DNA of 64,000 bases from Octopus sinensis. Lineage: Eukaryota. Shown here piece after piece: positions 63,335 through 64,000 of the stretch. A program made the position numbers and the translations under genes. The notes under the pieces are model-generated. The model was given only the letters and a program-made list of their open reading frames with translations, ran no database searches and was not told where the DNA came from. The stretch is from the NCBI RefSeq assembly GCF_006345805.1, contig NC_042997.1:21762001-21826000 (forward strand), written 5' to 3'. How positions within the stretch are numbered: position 1 is the stretch's first letter; every line of letters starts with the position of its first letter.

Positions 63335-63799
63335 TACACACATACATACGTACATACATACATAAAAACATACATATATACATACATACACACGTACATA
63401 CATACATACATACATACATACATACATACATGCATACATACATAGGTATATACATTCATGCATACATACATACATACATACACATACATACATGCATGCA
63501 TACATACATACGTACATACATACATAAAAATATAGGTATATACATACATACACACATACATACGTACATACATACATAAAAACATACATATATACATACA
63601 TACACACATACATACATACATACAAACATAGGTATATACATACATACACACATACATACGTACATACATACATGCATACATACATACATACATACATACA
63701 TACATGCATACATACATACATACATACATACATTCATGCATACATACATACATACATACATACATACATACATACATACATACATACATCATACATACA
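63335..63799 (+). repeat. Complex (ACAT)n microsatellite
   Basis: Read directly from the sequence. Confidence 0.95.
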
Positions 63800-64000
63800 T
63801 TAAGTGCTGAAAAGCGAAGAGAACAATATCCTACGTGTCGACAGCGAGCTCTTCAGGAAGCACTCTCTTCCTGATGACTTTCCATAAACCCTAGAACAGC
63901 CGGAACAACGTACTTCAAAGAAGACCTGTATGTGAAACGCTCAGCGCAAAAAGACCATGCATGAGTATGTTTCCCAAAGGCTTGAAGAAGACAGAAATAA
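63800..64000 (+). mobile_element. 5'-truncated R4/Dong copy of the same family as 1-1240; runs off the window
   Basis: agtgctgaaaagcgaag...gagctcttcaggaagcactctcttcctgatga...atgcatgagtatgtt..cttgaagaaga aligns with positions ~190-395. Confidence 0.8.

Overview
This is an AT-rich, microsatellite-dense metazoan window with no recognisable host gene exon. The SINE and LINE content suggests a coleoid cephalopod, probably Octopus; that is inference from repeat recognition, not a database hit. Recognisable elements: (1) a complete, young 5,790-bp Ty3/Gypsy LTR retrotransposon of the CsRn1 type (38895-44684: 603-bp LTRs with 4 differences, GATC TSD, tRNA-Trp PBS, CHCC Gag, -1 frameshift site, one disabling frameshift in pol); (2) several degraded R4/Dong RLE-LINE pieces, plus RTE, L1/Tx1 and CR1 fragments; (3) Chapaev3-like and mariner remnants and two MITEs; (4) many copies of three tRNA-derived SINE families; (5) a degraded GIY-YIG (Penelope-like) remnant. 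The main find is hammerhead ribozyme (HHR) DNA. At 32948-34565 a non-coding 474-bp unit is repeated in tandem in two divergent arms inside a (TA)n tract. It carries three complete type I HHR motifs with a palindromic stem III, which fits a retrozyme or Penelope pLTR-derived array that could release a 474-nt self-cleaved, circularisable RNA. Three other dispersed families carry minimal or variant HHR motifs (1694-1727, 3142-3176, 6397-6444, 21750-21946, 34810-34861, 49053-49095). All folds were read by eye; none has been computed or tested.
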